Shown here piece by piece: positions 1 through 9,532 of a stretch of DNA of 64,000 nt. Under the pieces are notes generated by a model that ran no database searches, was not told the origin of the DNA, and saw nothing but the letters and a program-made list of their open reading frames with translations. This stretch comes from a virus. The translations under genes and the position numbers were made by a program. The stretch covers positions 1-64,000 of the IMG/VR virus record IMGVR_UViG_3300045977_000336, one strand, 5' to 3'. Each line of letters starts with the position of its first letter. The stretch's first letter is position 1.

Positions 1-1
1 C

Positions 2-133
2 CTGCGCGCCGACGCCGCCGAGCGCGACCTGATGGCCCAGACCGGGCACCACGACATGGACACCATGCTCGAATATCGCGACGACGCCGGCATCGGCGCC
101 CTCAACGCCGCCCGCGCCGCGTTTGGAGAGTAA
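2..133 (+). CDS. Tyrosine recombinase, C-terminal fragment (truncated by window start)
   Basis: Manual translation LRADAAERDLMAQTGHHDMDTMLEYRDDAGIGALNAARAAFGE*; GH...Y matches the box II His and catalytic Tyr. Confidence 0.8.
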   Translation: MRADAAERDLMAQTGHHDMDTMLEYRDDAGIGALNAARAAFGE

Positions 134-157
134 CGCAGTCGCGCGCCCCGTACCCGC

Positions 158-173
158 TGTTTCCGTGGAAACG
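158..173. promoter_or_regulatory. parS/NBS-like 16-bp palindrome, copy 1
   Basis: TGTTTCCGTGGAAACG. Confidence 0.6.
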
Positions 174-212
174 GCACCTGGCCACCAGCTGCCGTGAAAA
201 CCCTTTCCCTTT

Positions 213-265
213 CTACCAACCTCCAATCTCCAATTACTAATTTCCCAATAGTCTACCAACTTACT
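213..265. repeat. Degenerate ACCAAT-type 7-8 nt tandem repeat
   Basis: ctaccaacctccaatctccaattactaatttcccaat... Confidence 0.7.
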
Positions 266-292
266 TGACAATTACACGCTAACGGATACAAT
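265..292 (+). promoter_or_regulatory. Sigma70-type promoter
   Basis: TTGACA-N16-TACAAT. Confidence 0.65.
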
Positions 293-297
293 AAAAA

Positions 298-417
298 TGG
301 CCCGCCGGACCAACGGCGGGCAAGTATGGGAGGCCACCATGCGGTTCGCAGCACCCGGCCCGCGCAGCGCAATAATGCCCGTGACAAGGTTTGCGCTCTG
401 CGGGCCGGCCCATTTTC
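298..417 (+). ncRNA. Candidate small structured RNA ending in a hairpin with short U-tract
   Basis: Follows promoter; hairpins GCCCGCCG/CGGCGGGC and CCGGCCCGC..GCGCAA/TTGCGC..GCGGGCCGG, then CCCATTTT. Confidence 0.35.
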
Positions 418-439
418 ACTACTTATCTACTTGTTTCCT

Positions 440-500
440 TATTTCCCAATCTACCAATCTACCAATTTACCAATTTACCAATCCCTAATTACCAACCTCC
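440..500. repeat. ACCAAT(C/T)T octamer tandem repeat
   Basis: cccaatctaccaatctaccaatttaccaatttaccaatccctaattaccaac. Confidence 0.8.
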
Positions 501-510
501 CCTCTCCCCC

Positions 511-2892
511 TCACGGTTCAAACAGCACCCACGCCACATTACTGTTGTCGCTGCCGCTGGAACTCACGATGTCAAATGAGGTGGACGGGACGATATTCTG
601 CACGATCAAAAGGCCAGGCGTCCCGCTCGGTCCGATGCACGTGCAGATAATACGGCTGCTGAAACTGACCGTCGTCTCGCTCACCGTCACCGTGCCGCTG
701 GCCAGCGTCGCGATCCCGTGCCTAATGTGCTGCGTATCGCTGCCCGCTGCCCCCCAGCGATTCATACCATACAGTATGCCGGCGCCGCCATAAGACGAGC
801 CCGGATCGGCCGTCGCATTCAACCCGTTATGGGCATAGCCGGTTACTCGCGGCTCTGTGCCGTCTTGCACCGCGACGCCCGTGGGGGCGAGATTGTTGCC
901 GAATTCCAGATGCACAAAGCCCGCGCTGGACATATCCGACTTGAACCACGCCGTCGTGTGCAGCGGCGAACCTTCCCCTTGCATATAATTGCCGTGCAAG
1001 GCGGCGATAAACCGCGACGTGCCGCCTGCGAGATACGTGTTCCAATCGACCTCGATCACATATTTCGCGTCGGTCAGCCAGAAGCTGCAATCGCGAATCA
1101 TCAGGCCGCGCACCAAATTTTCATACGTGTCACTGTTGGTGTAACTCTTGACCACGCGGCAAGTGTATGAGCCGCCGCCTGACGCTGACAGGAAGCGGCA
1201 GTTATGAAACAACACCGACATCACGACGACGGCCGCCGAGGCGCTGTCAAATAAGATCGCCGTGTCGAAGGTTTCAATGTGCGTATCGCTCACGCTGAAC
1301 TGGCTGGCGATGGCAAACTTAAACACCGTATCGTTGTCATACAGGTTGCAGCCGCGCACATTGACCACGCTCGCATACTGCACATCAAACCCGATCGTGC
1401 TGCCCGATACCGAACTATCCTCGAACTGAATCAGGCCGCTATAAGCCCCTTCAATCTTGACGCCCGTCGCAAAATTCTGGAACCCGCAGCCGCGCACAAT
1501 CACTTCGTCGCCCAGGTCGACGTGCAGCCCGATCGCGCCGCTGCCCGACTTCGTGACGTACAAATTGATCAATTCGCAGCGGTGCTGGAGTACGCTGCCG
1601 TTGCCGAACTTGAAGCCTTCACACGAAACGAGCGTGTCCTTTTTCGAGCCGATGATACTCACGAACTCCTTAATCGTGATCACGCCGGCCGGTTCCGTGG
1701 TGTTGCCGTAGACCTTGATCACTTTGCGGTGCGTGCTGTCTGGCGAGATGGCTGCCATCGCAGCCGTAATCGTGGTGTAGTCGCCGGCGCCGCTGGGATC
1801 GACGATGACTTGATCGGTATAGTTCAACGCCCCGATCAATTGCTTCCATGACGCATCGAAATACCACAGGCGGCGGTTCGTCTTGTCCAGCGCGATCGGC
1901 TGCCAGCCGCTATAGGTCGTGGGTGAGCCGTTCGGCGCGCCCGCCATGCCGGGCAGGTGCACAAAGCCCGCCGTGGCATTGGTCGCGGGATTGCCGAGCG
2001 TCAGCACCAGGTCGCAGTTGTCTTGCATCAAAAGGCCCGTCTGCGTGTCGGCCTGATTCACCAGCCGGACGCCCGTGCCGCCTGACTTGAGTTTCAGATC
2101 GTTGACCGAGGCGAGGATGTACGCCGTCTTGCTGCCGGGGGTGATCCATTGAATGCCCACGCCGTCCTTATTGAACACGAACTCCCCGCGCGCTACCAGC
2201 GATAGCCAGTTATTGCCGCTCGTCTCGTCATCCAGCCGCCACACGGGCATGCCGCCGTTGAAGCCGGCGTCGCCCGCGACCACCACCATCTGCTGCATGT
2301 TGCGGTTCGCGCGCAGCGTCATCAAGAAATGATCGGTGTTGAGATTGGTCACCTTTTGAATCAGCAGGCCGCGTGGCCCGCCCACGGACTGATTGAACGA
2401 CGACCAGTCGAAAATTTGAATGCCTTGCTGGCTGCTGCTGGTGCTGCGCTCGGCGCTGCTGGCAATCTCTTTGTTGAGATCGATGGCGAGGCCGGTCGGT
2501 TTGTTGTCCGTCCACGGCGCGCCTGCGCCCTGTTTGCCGGACAGGTTGATGTAGATCGCGTCGCTTTTGCCTTCGTTATACAGCGCCAACGCTGCGCCTG
2601 TGTCGATCGCGTCTGTGTCGAATTCAAACTTGAGGCCGTAGAACTGCGACGCGCCTTGAGACGCCTGTGTATTCTTGAAATGGAAACGCATCAAGTCGAG
2701 CTCGCCGCCGCCCGGCACGAGCACCGACCACGGGCGCGGCACATGGTCAAGAAACGCGACGCCCGTCACCATTTCAGGATTAGACAGCACGATCGGCAGT
2801 ACAATCGCGCCGACATTCGAGGCGGGCAGACGCACGCCTTGCCGCAACTTCAAAGACTCGTAGTTGTCTTCACCGCGCCCTAATTGTCTCAT
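511..2892 (-). CDS. Tail spike / receptor-binding protein with right-handed beta-helix region
   Basis: Last gene of tail module; GAGDYTTITAA motif followed by beta-helix-like repeats. Confidence 0.7.
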   Translation of the reverse strand: MRQLGRGEDNYESLKLRQGVRLPASNVGAIVLPIVLSNPEMVTGVAFLDHVPRPWSVLVPGGGELDLMRFHFKNTQASQGASQFYGLKFEFDTDAIDTGAALALYNEGKSDAIYINLSGKQGAGAPWTDNKPTGLAIDLNKEIASSAERSTSSSQQGIQIFDWSSFNQSVGGPRGLLIQKVTNLNTDHFLMTLRANRNMQQMVVVAGDAGFNGGMPVWRLDDETSGNNWLSLVARGEFVFNKDGVGIQWITPGSKTAYILASVNDLKLKSGGTGVRLVNQADTQTGLLMQDNCDLVLTLGNPATNATAGFVHLPGMAGAPNGSPTTYSGWQPIALDKTNRRLWYFDASWKQLIGALNYTDQVIVDPSGAGDYTTITAAMAAISPDSTHRKVIKVYGNTTEPAGVITIKEFVSIIGSKKDTLVSCEGFKFGNGSVLQHRCELINLYVTKSGSGAIGLHVDLGDEVIVRGCGFQNFATGVKIEGAYSGLIQFEDSSVSGSTIGFDVQYASVVNVRGCNLYDNDTVFKFAIASQFSVSDTHIETFDTAILFDSASAAVVVMSVLFHNCRFLSASGGGSYTCRVVKSYTNSDTYENLVRGLMIRDCSFWLTDAKYVIEVDWNTYLAGGTSRFIAALHGNYMQGEGSPLHTTAWFKSDMSSAGFVHLEFGNNLAPTGVAVQDGTEPRVTGYAHNGLNATADPGSSYGGAGILYGMNRWGAAGSDTQHIRHGIATLASGTVTVSETTVSFSSRIICTCIGPSGTPGLLIVQNIVPSTSFDIVSSSGSDNSNVAWVLFEP

Positions 2893-4418
2893 GACACCTC
2901 CGAGCGCATCGTCAACGTGCCCAACGGCTGTTCTGCGGTCGGCGGTCCCATTTCAACTTCGCTCACGAATTCGATGCGCGGATCGTCACTGAAATGACCA
3001 CTGATCTGTCCCGGCCCAACCGGGGCGTCGTCGATATACAGATACACGCCTGCCTGTGCAAACCACGGCTCAAGCGGCACGTTGCCGCTGCCGGCGTAGT
3101 AACGCCCGCGGCGAAAGTGGTAACGGATGTCGGTCGGCGCGGCTTCATAGTCAAAACGGCGCTCGGCATAGACGCCGCACACCCAGCGCGCACTCGTGCC
3201 GTCGCCTGCGGCGGCGATGTCTTTCAGAGCTTGCCAGTGGCGAATCGGTGCGCCGTCGTCGATGCGGTACAGCGTGCTATTCGTGCCGATCGTGCCTCGG
3301 CTGACGAACTCGGCTTCACTGAGAATGGTGACGACTTGCTCGCTGCACGTGGCCGACGTGCCTACCGCCAAGCAATACTTGTTGCCCAGCGTGTGCGCAT
3401 AACCGTGCAGCAGCAGCGCCAGCGCGGTTTTCTTGCCCGTCACTTCGAAATCAAAACTCGTCAGGTCGCTAGGGCGGCGCGTCTTAGGCCATGCCTGTTC
3501 TTTGAGATCGGCCTGTGCGACGGCGTTCGCGGCTGCGCTGGTCATACCCACCAGCCGCGCCGCCTGTTCATAGCGCCCGAACTCAGTGATCGACGCCGTG
3601 TCGGTGAACCAACCTGTTTCAGATTCCGGGATCGACTCACGCTGCAAGATGAACGAATCGCCGTAGCACGTGCCCGCCACACTGAGCGATTTCACTTCGA
3701 CGTTGACCGCGCCAGCATAGGTATTGTTCGATTGAATATGAATCGAAATGCCCACCTCGCCTGCGGCGTCGTGCCGCAGGCCTTCGCCCAACAGCGCCCC
3801 CGTGTCGGCGCGCGCGATCGTGACGCGCCACGCGCCGCTGACGATCTTTAATTTGCCCGTCAACGTGTAAGCGAGGCCCGCCGCAATCGTCGGCGTGCCC
3901 AAGCACGCGCCGCGCACCGTCGTATCGTTCACAACGACTTTGCACGAATAAAAGCCGGTGTTGACCCATTCCGGGCTTTGCGTCACCGTCGCGCCGTTGA
4001 GCGCCGTCCACGCGCCGCTTTCTGCGCCGCCGTTGGTCAGCAAGTTATCAAACAGGCGCGTGTAAACCGCTTTACAAGCGTTCGCCAACGGCGGCGAGAC
4101 GATCGAGCGCCGCCATGTCACCCCGTTCAACGTCAACTCCATCTCCGCGACATAGCCTTGCCACGTCACGTAACCCCCCACGGATTCGCGCACCTCGCGC
4201 GTCATCCCCTCCAAAAAGAACTCCAACATTTCATCCTGTGTCCAGCCCGCGCGTCGATCGTCACGCTTGTCGGGTAGCGTGGTGGTGCCTTGCCAGTCGC
4301 CGCCGATCGCGCGCTTGCTGCGCGTCCAGGTCGGATAGAAATTGGGCGTCAGGTCACGCAGCGGCGCGTTGCCACGCTTGATCGAATTGAATAAGCCGAT
4401 CGAGAAATCGTAAGCCAT
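2889..4418 (-). CDS. Minor tail/hub protein with internal carbohydrate-binding-like domain
   Basis: Position; NLLTNGGAESG motif typical of CBM4/9-like domains. Confidence 0.6.
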   Translation of the reverse strand: MAYDFSIGLFNSIKRGNAPLRDLTPNFYPTWTRSKRAIGGDWQGTTTLPDKRDDRRAGWTQDEMLEFFLEGMTREVRESVGGYVTWQGYVAEMELTLNGVTWRRSIVSPPLANACKAVYTRLFDNLLTNGGAESGAWTALNGATVTQSPEWVNTGFYSCKVVVNDTTVRGACLGTPTIAAGLAYTLTGKLKIVSGAWRVTIARADTGALLGEGLRHDAAGEVGISIHIQSNNTYAGAVNVEVKSLSVAGTCYGDSFILQRESIPESETGWFTDTASITEFGRYEQAARLVGMTSAAANAVAQADLKEQAWPKTRRPSDLTSFDFEVTGKKTALALLLHGYAHTLGNKYCLAVGTSATCSEQVVTILSEAEFVSRGTIGTNSTLYRIDDGAPIRHWQALKDIAAAGDGTSARWVCGVYAERRFDYEAAPTDIRYHFRRGRYYAGSGNVPLEPWFAQAGVYLYIDDAPVGPGQISGHFSDDPRIEFVSEVEMGPPTAEQPLGTLTMRSEVS

Positions 4419-4421
4419 CGC

Positions 4422-5828
4422 TCATGACTCGTTGCCGCGCAGCGTCAACCAGCGCGGTACATAAGCATAGGTAATGTCGGCGGTCGCCGTCTTGCCGTTG
4501 CCCGGGTAAAGTAAACTGTCGGCGGCGAACACCAAGCGCGTCGTGTCATCGCGGGGGGTGATCCCCCAACGCGTCGGCTCGACCATCGCTGAATAAAAGA
4601 CAATATCCGCTTCCGTTGCATACGCGGTGATGTCTTCGTTCATATGTTGGAAAACGTTGACCCACACGACGTCCGTGCCCCCGACGTCATACGGCAGCGT
4701 GACTTTGATACTGCCGTCATCTTTGGGGATCAAGATGTAACAATCCAGATGCAGCGCGCCCGACCCGCTTAGGCGCTCGGTCGCCAGCGCCATCATCGCA
4801 TTGTGCAGCGTGCTGGGCGGCATGACGGTCAGCGACGGAATGTTGAACGAACCGACCTCGTAGAGTTTCCACGCCGTGCCGCTGATAATCTTCTTGGAGT
4901 TATACGTGGGATTGTAAATCGTTGTGGAATCGCCGAAACCGTGCAGCATCTGCACGCGCGCCACACTGCTGTCACTCATCTTCGCGCGCAGCAGCACACT
5001 GTACGATCCGCGCTGATCGGCATAGTTCGGCGTCACGTTGATGGCCGGGAGGTAGGTGCGCACCGTGTAACCGGGCGTCTCGGTGAACGTCACGGTCATG
5101 CGTGTGCCAGAGTAAGCCGTCGCGTCCGCTGTCGGCATCATGTCACTGCTGTCTGGCCCGTAGCCATCTTTCAATGACCACACGGGAACGAAGTTCGCCG
5201 CATTGCCGAAGCGATTCGTCTTCCAGCCGAACCAGAACGCGCCCATCACGTAGCCCGACGTCGGGCTGACCGACAGCCGCAGCACGCGTGCCCGCACGTC
5301 GCCGCGAATTGTTTCCGCCAAGGCAGCCGTGCCGCCTAAGAAATTGATCCCGTTACGCGCGCTGGTGCTGGGGTACGGCGCAACATCTTCCCACGCGCCG
5401 ATCCGCTCGATCGTCAGCGTGTAGTCGCCGATGTCGGAATCCAACTGCGCGGGTAATTGCATGACGGGCACACTGCTGCCCGTCATGCCGCGAATGAACG
5501 CTTGGCGCTCATAGGTTTCATTATTCATTTTCACGCGCAGGACGACGAGATAGCGCTCGACGTGCGGATCGGCCAGCCAATCCTGCACCTGTTTGATTTT
5601 AGCGTCGAGGTTCTGAATGATTGCCGCGAGGTTGTCGTTGCTCGAACCTTTCACACGCAGCGTCAACGCTTCAGTTACGCTGTCTGTACCAGGCGCAGGG
5701 ATCTGCTGTACCCAGCCGTCGCGCGTCAAGACGATGCCCGTCGCCGCGCCTAAGCCGCCCATCAAGTCGAGCGAATCAACATCCGTCCCGCTCAGATCGC
5801 AGCGCACCAGCTTGAGTACGGTCGCCAT
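4422..5828 (-). CDS. Distal tail (Dit-like) protein
   Basis: Directly downstream of tape measure; C-terminal Y-x-P-R-W-L motif. Confidence 0.6.
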   Translation of the reverse strand: MATVLKLVRCDLSGTDVDSLDLMGGLGAATGIVLTRDGWVQQIPAPGTDSVTEALTLRVKGSSNDNLAAIIQNLDAKIKQVQDWLADPHVERYLVVLRVKMNNETYERQAFIRGMTGSSVPVMQLPAQLDSDIGDYTLTIERIGAWEDVAPYPSTSARNGINFLGGTAALAETIRGDVRARVLRLSVSPTSGYVMGAFWFGWKTNRFGNAANFVPVWSLKDGYGPDSSDMMPTADATAYSGTRMTVTFTETPGYTVRTYLPAINVTPNYADQRGSYSVLLRAKMSDSSVARVQMLHGFGDSTTIYNPTYNSKKIISGTAWKLYEVGSFNIPSLTVMPPSTLHNAMMALATERLSGSGALHLDCYILIPKDDGSIKVTLPYDVGGTDVVWVNVFQHMNEDITAYATEADIVFYSAMVEPTRWGITPRDDTTRLVFAADSLLYPGNGKTATADITYAYVPRWLTLRGNES

Positions 5829-5831
5829 GCC

Positions 5832-8780
5832 TTAGCCTCCCATCCGGTTATTGCTGCGCCACAAAGTTTCACGCCGCCGCTGCTCGTAATAATGCGCCAG
5901 CGCCATGCGATCGTTGATGACGATGGTATCACCACCGCGCGTCAAGTTCGCTTGAGGCGCATGTTCAATCTGCGTCTGCCGCCCCGCCAATGATTCTAGT
6001 GCGCGCAGCAGCCGCGCCGAATCTATATTGTCCATGACATAGCCGCGCGTCTGCGGGAAGAACAATTCCGGCCCGGCTTCACCCACCCACGTCGGCGCGC
6101 TGATCTGCCCGCCGTACTGCGCCCCGCCCGTCAACGGCTGATCACTGCCCGGCGCGGCTCTCTGCTCATGGAAGACGGTCGTGATCGTGATCGTCTTGCT
6201 GCGCAGCGCGTCGATCTTCGCTTGCATCCCGCCCAGCTGCCCGATCGATTCACGCACGGGCGGCAGCAGCGTGTCATCCAGCGCGCTCTGCACATTGCGC
6301 GCGAAGGTGTACGGGTTTTGATCCTCGGCCAGTTGCCCCGTCGCCAGCAGCACATTCGCCGTCATGGTGGCGGACTTCTCATCAAACACGCCCATTTGTT
6401 TGGCGACTTCGGTGAAGCCTTTGATCTCGGCCTTCGTCCAGCCGTCCTGCGCCAATTGCTGCTGCGCAATGTCCAACACAATGCGCTTCATGGCCTCATC
6501 GTGTGCGTCGGCGTTTTCTTTGATCGCGCCGGTCACTTCGTCGTACTTGACCTTGAGTTCCGCGATCTTTTTCGTGTTATCTACGTAGGCCGGGCCGACT
6601 TCGTTGGTCAGTTTGCCTGTCAGTTTATCGGCCTGCACCTGCAGGCCCGACATGCGCGCCTCGAATTCGGCGTCACTTTCATTGCGCTTGCGCTGGCGCA
6701 GGATGAGGTCTTCCGTCACGGCGGCCAGTTTCGTCTCGGCCGCGTGACGCTCGTTGGCCGTCATGGTGGCCTTATTGGTGGTGGTGATCAATTGTCCGTT
6801 GGAGGCTTCCAGCGCCTGAATCTTTTTCATCAGGTCGTCGGCGTCGGCCTGTAATTCGCGCTGTTTCTTGTTGTAGTCCGTCATCTCCTTGCGCACGGCC
6901 CCGCCATAGCCTGCCGTCATGACAGCCACGGCCTGCGTCAGGCTGGCGGTCTGTGCCGCCGCCTCGGCAGCGCTGATCCCGATCGCCTGATTGCCTTTGG
7001 CCGCCGCTGCCGCTCCCTCAGCCGCGCGGCGTGAAGCGCGCTCGCTTTCGTCCAGCGCGCCCCCCACGCCATACGCCCCGCGCGCCGCGTTGAACTGCGC
7101 TTCCGTCAGCAGGCCCATCTTGCGCATCAATTCATCGGTCAAGTCGATCTGATTGCCGACGCCCGTCGTCACGCGCTGCCCGGCCGCCAGTAGATCGGCT
7201 TGCTGCTGCGTCAACTGGCCTGCGGCGACGGCGGCGCCCAGCACGCCCGCCTGGTACGCCTCGAACGACGGCGCGCTGGTCTTCAATTCTTCATTGACGC
7301 CGCGCACCGCATCGTCGAGTCTCTGGTTGGCCGTTACCAGCAGGTCGAGCGTATTGAGGCCCTTCGCCATCGTGTCAAAGAAATCGGTCAGCGCCGGCAG
7401 CGCGCGGTTGGCAATGCTGATCTTGAGCGCGTCAAAACTGGCTTCGGCCTTGTTGAGCTTGAAAGCCATCGTATCCGAGGCCGTCGCAAAGGCCTTCTCA
7501 GTTGAGCCGGCAGCACCTTGCATCGACTTCAACACTTCAGCATACGCTTCGCCCTGGCTGCCCGCCGTCGCCAGCACACCCGTCAGCGCCCGCACGTTGG
7601 GGATAATGGCATCGAGCACGTCAATGTTGCCTTGCGTGCGATCCATCAAGTCTTTGAGCGTGACCAGCAGCCCGCGATCGCGGATCGAGGCGCGCACTTC
7701 ATCAGCCGTCAAGCCGATCCCGGCCAGCGCATCGCGCGCCTGTTTGCCCGGCGATTCCAGCGCGGACAGTGTGCCGCGCAGCGCGGTTGCCGCTTCCTCC
7801 GCCGATAACCCGATGCGCGTCATGGTCGCCATGCTCGCGCCGACCTGTTCAAACGAGACGCCTGCCTGCGAGGCGATCGGCAGGATGCGCCCCAGCGCGC
7901 CCGCAAACTCAGTCGGCTCGCCCTTGCCTTCCTTGACGATCTGGATCAGCACGTCCGTCACGCGCGAGGCTTGATCGACGCCCAGTTTGTAGGCGTTGAG
8001 CGTACTGGTCACCGCGTCGGCGATCGTCTTGGTTTGGCCCAGGCCCGCCGCGCTCGCCTTGGCGCTGGCTTCCAGCACCTTCAAGCCTTGCGCGCCCGCA
8101 AAGCCCGACGAAGCCACGAAGTACAGGCCTTCGGCCAGTTCGCGCGGCCCGCGCCCCACTTCCTTAGACATCTGCGAGACGGCATCCGTCATGCCGCCGA
8201 TCTCGCGCTCGGTGGTATTGGTCAGCGCGACGATCTTGTTCATCGTCGTTTCGAACTGCGACGCCGTGCGCACCGCATCGACAAAGGCCGCCGCACCTGC
8301 CAGCACCGCCGTCGTCGCCAGCCCGATCCCGACTTGCAGCGCCTTCGCTTTCAAGCCCACTTGATCGAGCGAGTGCTGCACCTTCATCACGCCATCGGCA
8401 TACTGCTGCGCGCCGATCTTGCCGGCGCCGTAGTCGGCATTCAATTTGTTGATCGACGTCGAGGCTTGCAGCGCCGCTTTGTTGAGGATGCCGGCCGCGA
8501 GGCCGGTCTTTTCAAACGCCTCGCCATATTTCTGCGTGTCCAGCCGCCCCGCTTGCATCTCGGTCTGCAAGCCGCCCAGGGCCGTGCGGGCCACATTCGC
8601 CTTGCTGGAGTTTTGTGTGAGGCTCTGCGCCATGCCGTAATAGGCTTTGGTCGATTGCACGGCGCTGTTGTGCGTGGCTTTGATCTCGCGTTCGAGCGCG
8701 GCCAGTTCCCGGCGCGCGTCAGCAGGCCCGCTGCCGGTTTTGGTCGCTCTGAGGATGAGATTCAGGTAAGAGTCAGCCAT
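5832..8780 (-). CDS. Tail tape measure protein (TP901-like core)
   Basis: 982 aa, Ala-rich helical; ELAEGLYFVASSG core; C-terminal VGEAGPELF. Confidence 0.95.
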   Translation of the reverse strand: MADSYLNLILRATKTGSGPADARRELAALEREIKATHNSAVQSTKAYYGMAQSLTQNSSKANVARTALGGLQTEMQAGRLDTQKYGEAFEKTGLAAGILNKAALQASTSINKLNADYGAGKIGAQQYADGVMKVQHSLDQVGLKAKALQVGIGLATTAVLAGAAAFVDAVRTASQFETTMNKIVALTNTTEREIGGMTDAVSQMSKEVGRGPRELAEGLYFVASSGFAGAQGLKVLEASAKASAAGLGQTKTIADAVTSTLNAYKLGVDQASRVTDVLIQIVKEGKGEPTEFAGALGRILPIASQAGVSFEQVGASMATMTRIGLSAEEAATALRGTLSALESPGKQARDALAGIGLTADEVRASIRDRGLLVTLKDLMDRTQGNIDVLDAIIPNVRALTGVLATAGSQGEAYAEVLKSMQGAAGSTEKAFATASDTMAFKLNKAEASFDALKISIANRALPALTDFFDTMAKGLNTLDLLVTANQRLDDAVRGVNEELKTSAPSFEAYQAGVLGAAVAAGQLTQQQADLLAAGQRVTTGVGNQIDLTDELMRKMGLLTEAQFNAARGAYGVGGALDESERASRRAAEGAAAAAKGNQAIGISAAEAAAQTASLTQAVAVMTAGYGGAVRKEMTDYNKKQRELQADADDLMKKIQALEASNGQLITTTNKATMTANERHAAETKLAAVTEDLILRQRKRNESDAEFEARMSGLQVQADKLTGKLTNEVGPAYVDNTKKIAELKVKYDEVTGAIKENADAHDEAMKRIVLDIAQQQLAQDGWTKAEIKGFTEVAKQMGVFDEKSATMTANVLLATGQLAEDQNPYTFARNVQSALDDTLLPPVRESIGQLGGMQAKIDALRSKTITITTVFHEQRAAPGSDQPLTGGAQYGGQISAPTWVGEAGPELFFPQTRGYVMDNIDSARLLRALESLAGRQTQIEHAPQANLTRGGDTIVINDRMALAHYYEQRRRETLWRSNNRMGG

Positions 8781-8787
8781 GATCGTT

Positions 8788-9060
8788 TCAGTGATACACG
8801 GGCGGTGTCAAACCAAGGCGCCGCCAGTATGCGGCGCGGATCTCGGCTTTGCGCCGTTCAATCAACGGCGACGCGGGCAAGGCCGTATGCTCCGGTTGCA
8901 GCGTCGCCAAGATCGCTCCGATGAGGGCTTCGTCCAGATGTTCAATGTCCCACGGGGCGAGGTTCGTGCCGATCGCCCGGTTGATGGCGCGCGCCGTCAA
9001 AATGTCGTTGACGATCGGATCATCGGTCAGTCGAGTTCGGACGGCGTCACGGGTTTTTTT
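8788..9060 (-). CDS. Tail assembly chaperone, -1 frameshift extension (gpGT-like)
   Basis: The -1 frame is open from the A7 run at 9060-9054: KKTRDAVRTRLTDDPIVNDILTARAIN... Confidence 0.8.
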   Translation of the reverse strand, partial: KKTRDAVRTRLTDDPIVNDILTARAINRAIGTNLAPWDIEHLDEALIGAILATLQPEHTALPASPLIERRKAEIRAAYWRRLGLTPPVYH

Positions 9061-9404
9061 ATCAACCCGTCACGGTACTTGTTGATAATGTCCCACACGC
9101 GGCGCGTGATGAATACGTAGAGCTGCGGATCGGCTTCGAGTGTTTCTCTCAAGTCGGCGACGCTGACGTGTGTCTCAGGCTCGCCTTGCGAAAGCAATTC
9201 GGCATAGATCTCAAAAGTGTTTTGAGCGTCCGGTGTTTCCAGCCCGTTTGCTCCAAAGAAATCGATTTTAGCCGTTAAGGCGAGCGAGCGGCGCGTCACG
9301 CTGCGGCTGGGATTAACCCACACCTTCAAGGTTTTGCCGTTCATTTCGGGCGCATAGTCAGATAATGGTAAATCACGCGTCAGGCGCGGAATCGTGATGC
9401 TCAT
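9027..9404 (-). CDS. Tail assembly chaperone (gpG-like)
   Basis: Between tail tube and tape measure; start MSITIP; ends just after slippery ATA AAA AAA CCC. Confidence 0.8.
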   Translation of the reverse strand: MSITIPRLTRDLPLSDYAPEMNGKTLKVWVNPSRSVTRRSLALTAKIDFFGANGLETPDAQNTFEIYAELLSQGEPETHVSVADLRETLEADPQLYVFITRRVWDIINKYRDGLIKKPVTPSELD

Positions 9405-9520
9405 TTGAACAATGCTCCCAAGAGGCGTGCCATCAGCCAGCAGCCCAGCGTCCAGCCCAGCCCCGCAAACGCCGCCGCGAGAAACAACCACACGAACATT
9501 TCTACTGTAAACACTCCCAT
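9401..9520 (-). CDS. 39-aa single-TM protein (not in ORF track)
   Basis: MGVFTVEMFVWLFLAAAFAGLGWTLGCWLMARLLGALFK*; AAGGA RBS; ATGA overlap with next gene. Confidence 0.6.
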   Translation of the reverse strand: MGVFTVEMFVWLFLAAAFAGLGWTLGCWLMARLLGALFK

Positions 9521-9532
9521 TTTTGATCCTTT

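Noticed and set aside
297-793. ORFs 297-488, 326-793 and 391-579 as proteins
   Set aside because: They translate the octamer repeat tract and overlap the tail spike antisense.
511-4418. Diversity-generating retroelement targeting the tail spike
   Set aside because: No reverse transcriptase, and I saw no TR/VR pair with adenine-specific mismatches.
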